The notes beneath the pieces are model-generated. The model did not search any database, was not told the origin of the DNA, and worked only from the letters and a program-made list of their open reading frames with translations. Position numbers and translations under genes: made by a program. A stretch of 64,000 nucleotides of DNA from Flectonema sp. DT1601 (Eukaryota): assembly GCA_964019425.1 (NCBI GenBank), contig OZ025784.1, positions 372,001 through 436,000 of the forward strand, given 5' to 3'. Position 1 is the stretch's first letter. Each line of letters begins with the position of its first letter. Positions 9,595 to 21,085 of this stretch are shown in pieces.

Positions 9595-11034
9595 TTAGTT
9601 GTGTCGCCATTCTTTGCGAGATTTCCTATAATCATCTACTGCTGCACCCTGTCCCTGAGATGGTTGATAACCAGATAAATTATAATCATCCGCAGCTATG
9701 GATGTAAAGCCACCTCCCGTTTTTGATAACTCTCTCACTTCATTATCAAAGTTACTATCAATCTGTTCATCAACAGTAGGCTCAAGGTATAAGTTAGGAT
9801 TACATATCCAAAGGTATGGAAAGAACATAAACTCATTCGGATCGAATTCTGCTGTCGAGTCGACTGAGAATTCCTGCATTACACTGATCGCTTCTTCAAT
9901 CCGACCAACTACTTTAAAATTATTTGGGTGATCAACAGAGTTAATCATTATATTATGAATCAAGAATCCTCCATTACGTTCAATCTGATCCCAGTCGAGA
10001 GAGAGAGGGTTTGGATGCTGAACTTCATTTAAGTAGTCCGCACCAATAATTTCACACGAAATCTTCTGACCATTTGGAAGCCAACGACGAAGTAATATCG
10101 CACCCTCTCTCCTCTCAACAGTGAAATCTTCTTGTCCAAGAATGTAGTCATCAATAATGCAATCAGGTGGTAGTTTTTCCCAAATTATCCTTGGAGGTGG
10201 AAGTTTAACAAAGGGCATCTTCCCATCTTCAATGGCTTTGCGTATCATTCTGTGACTGTTTCTTTCTTCAAATACTACGAGTGTTTCCTCTTTTTTCATA
10301 TTGTGTAACATCTCCCACTGCACCTTTGACACGTTCTTTGGTCGCATACTTCTCTTGTACGGCTGCTGAAAGAATCTGTCAGGCTGCGGGAGAAGTTTAT
10401 ACCAGTCTTCTAGAAGTTTCCAGAATTGCTCTTTCTCCCAACCCATTTCAGCATAAGAACGTTCTAAAGCTTGGCGAACAAGTGTGTCTTCCATGAGGTA
10501 CTTTCCTTTTTGTGATTCGAGTTTCTCTTGACTATAACTAACTTTATCGTTGCCGTATTGATCCCAACGACTGTCCCAACGTTTTACAAAATGAACGGGA
10601 TGAAGGTTCCAGTGAGATCGTTGTTCCTTAATCTTATCAAATGCCTCAGCCTGGCGTTCTAATTCTCGCTCTTCCGCGCGGATTCGAAGTGCCATCCCGG
10701 AGCCATAGCGGTCGATTAACTGTTGCTTGTCTTTTCCCCACCTGTTCATCTTCGCCAGCTTGTTCGCCTCTGCGAATATGCTAACTCTGTCTTCAGGGTT
10801 TATTATCGCCAGTGCTTCTTCTGTATCACGCTCTTTTACAGCCAACAGTGTCTTTTTTCTCTCTGGAGTCATTTCCTTTCGGCCTTTGGCTTGGCGATAT
10901 CGAGTCATCCAATGGGGTTGATTGAAATCTGATTTTTGTTTAATCTCTCGTTCATCGAAGGCGAACACATCTTCACAGTAAGTTCTTCTCGCACGAGTGA
11001 GTAGTCGGGGGCGTGGTAAAATTATTCGTCTCAT
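9595..11034 (-). CDS. 479-aa hypothetical protein, likely mitochondrial
   Basis: Long ORF; the Arg-rich, acid-free N-terminus MRRIILPRPRLLTRARRTYC resembles a euglenozoan mitochondrial presequence. Confidence 0.8.
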   Translation of the reverse strand: MRRIILPRPRLLTRARRTYCEDVFAFDEREIKQKSDFNQPHWMTRYRQAKGRKEMTPERKKTLLAVKERDTEEALAIINPEDRVSIFAEANKLAKMNRWGKDKQQLIDRYGSGMALRIRAEERELERQAEAFDKIKEQRSHWNLHPVHFVKRWDSRWDQYGNDKVSYSQEKLESQKGKYLMEDTLVRQALERSYAEMGWEKEQFWKLLEDWYKLLPQPDRFFQQPYKRSMRPKNVSKVQWEMLHNMKKEETLVVFEERNSHRMIRKAIEDGKMPFVKLPPPRIIWEKLPPDCIIDDYILGQEDFTVERREGAILLRRWLPNGQKISCEIIGADYLNEVQHPNPLSLDWDQIERNGGFLIHNIMINSVDHPNNFKVVGRIEEAISVMQEFSVDSTAEFDPNEFMFFPYLWICNPNLYLEPTVDEQIDSNFDNEVRELSKTGGGFTSIAADDYNLSGYQPSQGQGAAVDDYRKSRKEWRHN

Positions 11035-13983
11035 TTAATACTCTGAAGAAAGAAATAAAGAATACCGGTAGACCCTAAGCTAGCCCCACCTGGCCGGATA
11101 GTTAATTAGTACCGCGACATAACGATTGCCTTCAACACCCGTAGAACCTGTCTGAAAACGATAAATAATCCACAGTAACAACGACAAGTTTTTTATACGA
11201 ATATCATGGTGCGGGGAAGAGGGAACGAGTGGTGGGGAGGGATCGGGAGAATTATTTGTTTGTTCCAAACGTCAAAAAAGAAATGAAAGACGAAAGGAGA
11301 ATTCCGGTGATCAACCACTAGAAGATTTCTTTCTTCTTAACTCACACTATCAATCTGTGTACATCAAATCACTCACAAAGAAGTGATGTGAAGAAACAGT
11401 TGCGGAGTTCTATTCCAGAAATAGTTTGGGAACCCTACTCGTCAGATGACATTGTGAGTCACCCAAACACAATAAAATAAATAGTTTTCTTTGACTACAC
11501 TGCTACCCAACTGCTTGAGCAACTATGTACAGACTACCACTACTCAGAAGGGAGTATGAAATAAAAAAAAAAGGACAGAATAATCCTCACACTTTTTTTT
11601 ATTTTTTGGGCACAACCTGCTCCTTTAGTAAAATGTATTTCGAGACGAGAAAAAGAAAAAAAAATTTAAAAAAAAAAAAAAAGGTGCACCGATGAGAAGA
11701 CTGCATCACGCACGCCGAAAGGAGTAAAAAAGTGAAATGTCACAATTACAAAAGACAACGAGAAACAATATTGTTGTTTATTAAGACTTCGGATACGATG
11801 GATCCCAAATGGAGGTCTTTTTGATGTAATTATTTGACAAAAAACAAAAACTAATCTCAAATATGTTCTTTAAAAATGACAGTTGGGGAGAATGGGAAAA
11901 GGTCGGCAAACAAATTTAATATAATCGAATGACGATCACTAACAAGTGTTTACACTTTCCCCGAACACGTGAAACAAGAGACGCACATTTAGAACCAGAT
12001 TGGGAAGATTTTTATAAAAAAACAATATTTAGAGAGAATAGAAGAGAAAAAGTAATTTAAAGGGTGAAGAAAATTAGATTTGCAGCCTGGCAAGGAACCT
12101 ATAAACTGATATTTTAATAACAACAATAACTCCAATAGGAAGGTGTCCTTGCTTGGCAAAGCAATGGAACGCACCAGCTTTGTTGCTTCAACACATTAAG
12201 AATAAAATGAAAACGATGAATAAATAAGAACAACACCAACAACAACACACCAACCGTGTTTAATAATGACTGGCATTCATTCAGCTTCTCCTTTCCGATT
12301 TCGTTGGAGGAACAAGTAGTCAAGGAATGAATCTGTTCTCAATTTGGGAAAGACAAGCGTGCAAGACGCCCAATGAAAGTCCAGCAGGAGAATGTATCAA
12401 AAGTATTCTCTTAGTGGTTTCGCAGCATATGAGCACGTAAAATACTCTCACCACGATAGTACAGAACAAGGTCATAGTAATAAAAGAGGGTCAACGACCA
12501 GCTTACATTCTCACAACCTCAGAAAATGAAAAAAAAAAAAAGTTGTTAAATTATTGATGTATAGCGCACGTGGATGACAAGAAGCGGGTCAATCCACGGA
12601 GGCGAATTGCATACTTTAGCAATTAAGCTGAATAAAAGATAACTAAGCATGCAGCTTAACATCATACACAACAAAAAGAAAGAAAGGTTCTTTGCTTTTG
12701 TGGAACTGATGATAATTAATATTGTTGGTATCCACATCACAAATCCAGAGGTTTGTTGTGTTTTTTCTTCCCATTTTTGGTTTGTATTCATTTGATAATG
12801 AACTGCTTAGCGCATTGCTGAGAACAGCAAAAAAACGACGCATTTTTCTTCTTAGTCACCATTCAATTTTGGGAGAACAAGATAAGACCAAAAAAAAGTG
12901 TAAAATACAACAACGAGTTATATAGTTGTGTCATAGATAACAATAACAGATTTACATCCACACGGTAACTGGGAACTATTTAGAAAAAGACAGTTATTTA
13001 TTTCTTCTTTAAGTCTTCCGGATTACTATACAGTCATTCAATAAGAGTTTTCAACGGCACTGCAACAAGTGCAGCAGATGGTTAACAGTACCACTCTGTT
13101 GACATGTTTTCGTTCTACTTGTTTCTTCATTTCATTCTCAACTTTGGGGAATGGGACTCGTCGTATAGAACAACAACAAGGGGATACTATGTTACTTGGT
13201 TATTGGAACTGAACTTTTCATTTTCCTAATCCGGTTGTTTTCCTTCTTTCTTTTTCCTTCTTTTTTTCTTCTTTTTACTTCCTTTTCTTTTTTTTTTTTT
13301 TATAAGTCTCCTTCCCTTTCCTTTCATGTCTCCAGTTAGCATTCCAAATCATTGGGGAGGGAATCACCCAATGAAGTGGTAGAAATGTAGTCTTGTTGAA
13401 TGTGTTCTCTTACTCTACGCAGAAGAGTCTTTTACGTTGGTTGAATAGAGACATTAATTCGACAAAAAGAAAGTGAAGAACTAAAAACACACATCAAGAA
13501 ACCGTCAGTTCGCATATCGATAAGGTGTCTAAGTGCATTGCCATTTCCATTTTCAACTAAAGAAGACAAAAAAGGTTTGAAACAAAAAAAAAAGAAAAAA
13601 AAGTGAGGATTTAAAAGAGAGGAAATCATAAAAATTGGATGTAAGGGCGGGTAAAACAGCCAAAAAAAAAAAAAAAAAAAAAAAAAGCGGTTTTATTTCT
13701 TCCCGAGACACGACTACTTGTTGCCTGCGTAGTTTGAACGATTGTAGATTACAGCTCAGCATCGCTAACAATACGTGGCATAGAAGTCGTGTTTGCAAAG
13801 GAACAAATAACGTGATTTTTAATACCCCTGACAAGAAGATAATTAAAAAAAACAGCCATTTGGCTGCTGTCTTTGATTTAATTCATTCATCAAGCATGAC
13901 TGCCATAACTATAATGTTATTTCGTACACAAGAATAAAATAAATAAAATGACCCGTCTTACATAGACAAGTGTGAAGTAGGAA

Positions 13984-14016
<33 letters not shown>

Positions 14017-14937
14017 TAAAGAAATATCAAGAACCAAACCATAAAAACATAACCAAAAACGAAAAAGAAATAATAAATAAAAATAAAAAAACAATTATCG
14101 AGGACGAGGAGAATAATAAATTAGTGAATGTGCTTTTCAAGTTTTAATAAGAAACTTGTTTTGTCAAACGAAGGAACACTTTGAAAACTCCGTGGATCAC
14201 GAGAGCACTTTGATTTCAATTGTTATGTTAGCAGCACCAGTAGGAGGCTTGGTTTGGTTTCTTCACAATAAAAATCGCTTCCAATTACCCACACCAGAAC
14301 TTAAAAGTTCTCACGTGTAGCCAAATACTAACATTCTGCAATCGCGGCTGATTGCCTGCCGGACTGCCATGTAGTTTATTTGTTTGTTTGTTTGTTTGTT
14401 TGAGTGAGTTTTTCATTTCTGTTCATTTCAGTAAGATTATTGTTATGCTGAAAACGAAAGAAAGAAAAAAAGAAAATTAAAAATAAAGAGTGCACCTCGA
14501 CGACATTCGAGGCTGCGATGTATGTGAGGTCACAATATAATTTTGTGATGACATAAAAATTAAAAAAAACCCCCCCCAATATTATTATTGTAAGGGTTCT
14601 GGAACGCTTCGAAAATGAACAACACAAACAGCGCTTTGATACCAAATGAGTGTTGTTTTGGTTTTGTTTGTTAGAAGTCAAGTGACGTTGACAATAACTT
14701 CTAAAGAAAACGTTCATCGACAACTATTTGAGCTCCTCATCAGAAATAAATTGTTAACAACAGCAAGCTTGTCATCGTAAACAGAATGTACCGATAAGAA
14801 TAGGTAAGAAATCCTAACAGCACGTGATGTGCAATCACACGGTCTTACGACACGTATTAGACAGCTAACCGTGTAACAGATATGATGTGAACTTCACAAT
14901 CTGAATAGTCCAGTTATCCCTTCATAGTGAGGGTTAA

Positions 14938-15674
14938 CTAGGAAAGGTTTAAAACAGAAAAGAAATTCGAATCAGTTTCAGAACCCAATAAGTCACCAAG
15001 TAATGAATCAATATAATTATCAACTACAGTGATGTCTCTGTCTGAAGTAATGTCCTCAACAGCAACTGGGACAGACACGAAAGGTTGTGAAGCATCGCAA
15101 GTCAACTCTTCTGAACTCGCAGAGTCTTCATCAGAACTCTGCCGGCCGGCTTCCATCTGCTGCAAAATCTCCATTTCCAGGGCGGTGAGCTGCGCCTGGG
15201 GTACGGAATTTGCTCTTTGTTTGACCTATTTTAAGTTTGTTTTTAATTGATATTTAATTACATTATTATTACATTAAAACAACAGACAAGTAGGCATACT
15301 GGTTTGGTAGTATCGGGGACCTCTTTTTGTTTTATGAAGTCGATAATTCTTTTTCGGGAGTCTTTGTTGTCGTCTTTTGTGAGATCAACACAGTTGAGAC
15401 CAATGATGGCGGAGTTAGAACGTCTGTTCTTTTTAACGATACCCAGACGGGCTTCAATCGCTGATCCGTTTCCCACAACTCCTGTACCTCCGAGTAACTG
15501 TGCTTGTAACGGAGCGCTGTGTGGACGTTCCTTTCCATCGCTAGTCGATGCTGTGGGTCCACCTCCTGCTTGTGTTCTCTTCTTTTGTCCTGCCCATCTT
15601 TTGCCACCGGTCTTCTCGTACCTGCGTTGGTGCATTCTGCGGATTACAGACTCTTCCTTTCCGAAGACTACCAT
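14938..15674 (-). CDS. Small hypothetical protein; 2 exons 15674-15300 and 15225-14938
   Basis: Intron 15299-15226 (GTATGC...AAATAG, 74 nt) joins ...DTTKP in frame to VKQRANSVPQAQLTALEMEILQQ... Confidence 0.7.
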
Positions 15675-15988
15675 TCACTCCAGCGCCTATTCCTAATTGG
15701 AGAGGAGATATAATGAAGTTTTTAGTTAATTAATGAAATACATAAATAGCTACATTTTGAATAGTTTCTTTTAATAAAAATATGGACGTGTTTCCCATAC
15801 ACCATCTCAAATCATACCCTTCACATCCACATAAGAGCTTAACATACGAACAAATAAACATCGAGCGCAGGTGAATTAATTTGTAATCACTCAAAGCCCC
15901 TTTAATTTCCAGTTATATTACACACACGAAACACACAACACTTGTGAAGTTAAGCGGCAGCAGCAATTGCAAACTGTTGCCGCTTGCA

Positions 15989-16026
<38 letters not shown>

Positions 16027-16473
16027 TGCACCCGTGTAGAAATTATCCAAATATATTTTTTTTTTTTTTTCAAAAAAAAAAAAAAAAAAAGAAAGGCAAG
16101 GAGATGCTGTTGTTGTTGCGTGACGATATCATCTTTCCTTTTGTCTTCTTTTTTCATAAAGAAAAAGAAAACAAAAAAAAAACAGTAAGCAAACTACAAC
16201 AAAGTGTATTTGGAAGCTGTATATTCCACACAGAAACTAACATTCGAAGAAGTCTATTATTTCTCATCCTCTTTATTGGCACTTGTGATTGAGAATAGCA
16301 CATGTTGACAGCACTGAGCAATCACAAAATGCTTGGCAACCATACAAGTAACTTACCGATAGCTAATATTGTCGCGTAGCAGAAAATGAAGGTTCCAGAC
16401 GACGGTTAAGCTCTCATCAGTACTACAGAATAACATGGAGGCTAGAGAACAATTATGTTGGTAGACAACCAAC

Positions 16474-16534
16474 TTATCGCATGTAAGAATTAGGAAGTGA
16501 GTTATAGTTACCATATTGAGAAGGTTGCTGCTGC

Positions 16535-16565
<31 letters not shown>

Positions 16566-17694
16566 GCTGCTGAGTACTTTGTAAAAGGGATAAAAGACTT
16601 AGTTGAGGTTGCTGTACAACACTAGGCGGTATGGATTGTTGAGCAGCTTGTTGCGGAGCGAGTGAGGCGCTATCTTTAAGATTAACGAGTTGAGATAGAA
16701 GACCTCCATTATCCAACATCGCTCCTTGACCTGCTGTTGACGGCGGAACTCCAACTCCGGGTGTGCCAACGTACCCTCCGACAGAGTCACGTCTCATACG
16801 CTCATGTCTGACGGCTTCAAATTTACGGAGTTGCTGACGACGTTTATTCAAAACTACCTGAGTGTATGAGTCAAATGATAAACAAGCGACATCCATTGCC
16901 TTCTTTGTAACTTTAGTTGTGATGGTTCTCGTTGAGGCAGACATTTGAGCGACATCAGCAGCAGCTGCATCGATCACTCGACAGATGGTGTCACCAGATG
17001 CTTCATCAATAACTTCACTTTCATCACCGTAGTGAGGGATTGCTGCAACTTTAACAAACCCAATACGAACAACTTTATCCCAAGACTCTGGGATACTTGA
17101 TGGGTCTACACCAGTCACGTTTTCTCTATCAAGCATCCCACTGTAGACAACACCATAACCAAATAAACATGAAGTTAACTTACACTCCTCGTCATTCTTT
17201 ACTTCGTACCCACTGGAAACAATGACACAAAGTTTACCAGATCGGGTTACCACAGATTCCAAGGATTCTGGGATGTGAATTATTCCGTTTTTTATGGTGT
17301 AGTGAACCTGAGCTCTGTTTTGTAGTCTAATTATCAGATATGCTGTTTGTTTTGTTATTTTTAAAAACATTTCATTCATTTTATAAAATGAATAATCTCC
17401 AGACGAAGTTATTTTCATACCCACACTCGGATCTCGCTTCGATCTCTTTACTTGCTGCGTGGGAGCGCCTCTCCTGCGATTTTCAGATATGGAACCCAGC
17501 AAGCTTTGTAGTCTATCCTGCGTTTTAAATTCATTTAATAAAGTACAGATTGCGAGACAAATATTTATTGTAAACACGGCATACCATTTCTTATAGCAGC
17601 CCCCCTCAGGGACTCCTCCCCCGATGCCTTCCCTGTCGATACCTCCCTCCTGTTGTAGTAATAAATAATTGAATTGCCTTAATAAAATAATCAC
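16474..17694 (-). CDS. Hypothetical protein with C-terminal polyQ; true 5' end uncertain
   Basis: 406-aa ORF with a non-ATG start. A probable acceptor CAACAG ends at 17650, and there may be a short upstream exon (17791-17765). CAA/CAG run at ~16525-16571. Confidence 0.7.
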
Positions 17695-17973
17695 TATTGA
17701 TAAACTGGTTTAGGTTGTGCATTTGTTGTAACTGACTGCTGAAGTTAACCAGTTGTTAAGTTACGTGAAGACAAGATATTCTTAATACCATCAAACGATA
17801 AATAGCCGATCGGGGAGAGCACAGGGATGCATAAGTAGAATCACCTTCAATATAATTAGATATTGCAGACGTGAGTAAGACACATGTGAAGAATAGTTGC
17901 AGCGGGAAAAGTTCTTTTTTTTTAAAATCGAAAAAAAAAAAAACTCCTTTCTTTATTGTTTTTTTTAAAATCG

Positions 17974-18005
<32 letters not shown>

Positions 18006-18782
18006 CTTTTTTGACAGGTTGTTGTAGTCCACTTAGAAAGCAGAAACAATATTGCTACCTCCAGCAATAATAAGACTTGCAAACGACTGTACAACAATTG
18101 AAGTGTCTATTCGCTGTGCCTTGAGCGGATTAGAATGGAATTTTTGTGTAAAATAAAAAATTCGAAAGTTTTTTTTTTTCCCACATGAACAAGATACCTG
18201 ATGTACTTCTGGTGAAAACAAACAGGAGCGGCGGGTCACGAAAAAAAAAATAAAACAAAATAAAAATAAATAAATAAAAAAAAGTAAACCTTCCCCTCTT
18301 CGAAGACGCCTCAATAATTGTTACTACAGCGACACTACTAAGCTAAAAACCAAACCTGAGATCGAAAAACTAATCTACGAAAACTACAATAAAACTACAG
18401 AAAATAAAAAAAGCCGTCAAGACGTGTACGTGAATGCCTAGCTGTAAGAACACATAATTGTGACGTTTGGATGAGTCGGTAATTATTTTTGTAGCGTCAC
18501 CAAACGATCAGTTCGTAACAGCAGCAGCTCTATAACTTTATTCGGTGAGAGGCGAGACGCACCTCGAATTACCTTTTTTTTTAACTACTCTCTCATGTGA
18601 TTTCTGAATAGAGGGGTGTCTATAAAATCAAAGGATTGCTATTTTTTTTTTTTTTTTTTCCCCCCCTTCTTTCTTTTTTTTTTTTTTGTTACATAAATAT
18701 TAATTGTACTTCAATTTTTTATCTTCTTTCAGAACTTTCCCGCTTTATAAAGAAACTGATAGCAACAAACAAACGGGCTATC

Positions 18783-18813
<31 letters not shown>

Positions 18814-19666
18814 GGGGAAAAAACTCCAAGTCATTCACCCCCTTCTATTCTAATAAGAAGCCACGTGACAGCCAACTACATAGAGGAATGCACAAGAACC
18901 ATGCGTAGGGATCAAGCGCAAACTTTTTTAAACTTAAATCGGAATTTCATTCATCCAAGCTACCCATTTAGAGAAGCCTACATGTAGTAAAGGTAATAAT
19001 AAAATAAGGGAAAGAATCTGTTTTTTTTTTTGCCATTCTAATGCCAAAAATGCAATGACAGAAGTCAGTGTTGACTAACTAACATGCAAACGGCAAACAA
19101 CCTAAACACCAAAAAATAAAATAAAAGGCTTCTTACCTAGGTTGCATTTTGTTTAATTTCTTTTTTTGATATAATCTCACTTCCAAAAAACACACAAAAA
19201 AAAAATAAATCGTCAAGAGCGAGCGCAGAAAAAAAATTATTAAATATCTGCATCCTAAGGGAAGGCAAAAATAAGGGGCGAGAGATCTCCCTTTAGTATC
19301 GTGTAATATCCCCCAACAGAAAACTTTGCCAGTAACTAGTAGCAAGTTGGATTTAATGTGATATCACAGATAGAGAAACACTGTTACCGCGACTAACTTA
19401 ATAGGCCGTATGTGTTGGCGAGAAAAGGCCAGCCGTTTTGTTTTCATTGAAGTATTGGTAACAAAACATTAAGAAGTTCCTTTTATGAATTTTGAACACC
19501 AACTTTGTTTTTATAATGTTAACACAATTATTTTGTGAATAAGGGAAAAAAAAAAAAAAAAAAAAAAAAAATCGAAAAAAGAAAGTTTTTTTTTTTGTTT
19601 TTTTTTGCGAAAACCGTATGTGCAAAAAGTGATCATGAATTTTTTCGTCTACTTCTGCATAATCAT

Positions 19667-20050
19667 CTAACAAGCATCTTCTCCGAAGCTGATCGTTTGT
19701 CCCGTAAAAAAGCAAATAATCATCGCTAATACTGTTGTTTGTGTTTTGAGCTTCAAAGTCGTATCTAATAAATACTTTTTAACAGTAAGAAATGACATAC
19801 TGATAGTCACAGCTGCATATATCCAGAGTAGCCAAAGAGGAATATCCTCCGGATCTTTTTTATCAAGCATAATAAGGAAAACATTCTGTGCCAACTCTGC
19901 GTAAGCTAAAGCAATAAGAATAGTACCAGCGTATACGGTAAGATCGAAAATACACGACTTCGCTCCGCTAGCAGCTTGACCCGCTCCGGATTTCACTGTA
20001 CCGGCTACGTTGCCGGCCCCGGTTTTCATTTTTTGATATGCGGCGCTCAT
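19667..20050 (-). CDS. Small two-TM membrane protein; probable in-frame intron 19800-19732
   Basis: Starts MSAAYQKMK... Removing GTATGT...CAACAG (69 nt) gives the continuous hydrophobic helix WLLWIYAAVTIILAMIICFFTG. Confidence 0.7.
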   Translation of the reverse strand: MSAAYQKMKTGAGNVAGTVKSGAGQAASGAKSCIFDLTVYAGTILIALAYAELAQNVFLIMLDKKDPEDIPLWLLWIYAAVTISMSFLTVKKYLLDTTLKLKTQTTVLAMIICFFTGQTISFGEDAC

Positions 20051-20352
20051 TTTAAATTTTTGAGACTGAGAATAGTAACAAACATTTTTAAAACACATCA
20101 AAATAAGATCTCAATTACTGAAAGTAAAAACATCACACCCGCCATTCCATTCCTCTGAACAACAATTAGTGGAATCAGCCTGCGTGTGAAGCTAGAAACA
20201 GAAATCTATTTTATCCCGTTGCGTAGAAGCAAATGAATGGGACTGCATTCACAAATGCTCACCGAACACGTCCAGGCGAAGCTGACTAGTCTGCATGTTA
20301 ATGTAGACGAGTGAGAAGTAATGAGTGAATAGTTTGTGTAGTACACACTCAG

Positions 20353-20802
20353 TTAACTTATTGGAGGCTTCAACAAAGTCTCCGCTGAGAGTGGACCTTC
20401 CGTTAGTTCTCCTTCCGAAGCGGATACAGGGCGCAGGGAATACCATTTCTCCATTCTCAAAGGGGGGACTTTTACAATTAATGTTTTCCAAGGGGAGGCA
20501 ATCAACATTCCTTTAGTAACAGTAGAGTCACCAAAAAGATCTTTCTTTACTCGTTCTTTGAGTTCTTCAAACAAGACGTCCAGTGTGGTTGCTGCATCCT
20601 CAAAGGTGACGAATCGACATATTTCCCTCTGAGCCACACCAAGTCCTAAACCCATCTCAATAATTGCATAACTATACAACTGAGTCATCGCCCGCCTCCA
20701 TCTCTGTGAAGAGCGTCTTAGTGACGGACAGTCAGAAGTAGAGCACCAGGCAGCAATTCTCATTATCACATCGAACGGCAGTTGCGAAATCGACGGCATC
20801 AC
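20353..20802 (-). CDS. F-box-like protein (3' structure uncertain)
   Basis: ISQLPFDVIMRIAAWC...CPSLRRSSQRWRRA fits the F-box consensus (LP.ei...I......l..vsk.W). Confidence 0.55.
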   Translation of the reverse strand: MMPSISQLPFDVIMRIAAWCSTSDCPSLRRSSQRWRRAMTQLYSYAIIEMGLGLGVAQREICRFVTFEDAATTLDVLFEELKERVKKDLFGDSTVTKGMLIASPWKTLIVKVPPLRMEKWYSLRPVSASEGELTEGPLSAETLLKPPIS

Positions 20803-21085
20803 CCGCCTTATGAAGTTGCCAGCTTCTGTTGAGGCTTACTGGGTTGGGGGTAACTTGATACTATGATTAAATAAAAAGCATTGGGGAAATATCAAAGTCT
20901 ACTACCATTCCACTTCTTTTTATTAACAAAAAAACTGTCGAACTGACTGCAATAAAAACCTGTCGAAAGAATTAATCGATGACAACAAACTAACGCAAAC
21001 GGGAAAGTAAACTACCTCCAGCTTTTAGTAGCGAGGTGTTCAGTCACTAAATTATGAGAACCATGATATGGTCCAGTCTCATCGT

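Noticed and set aside
11100..14900. Short Lys/Phe-rich ORFs in long spacers (also 30.2-32.6, 43.8-46.1 and 56.7-58.8 kb)
   Set aside because: Translations of poly-A/poly-T tracts; I could not assemble consistent exons.
17537..17550. AATAAAGTACAGA resembling the reverse complement of a euglenozoan spliced leader
   Set aside because: Only 13 nt, inside a CDS, and the rest of the leader is absent.
20249..20491. Overlapping ORF as a programmed-frameshift continuation of the F-box protein
   Set aside because: No slippery site or valid intron found linking the frames, and no homology evidence.
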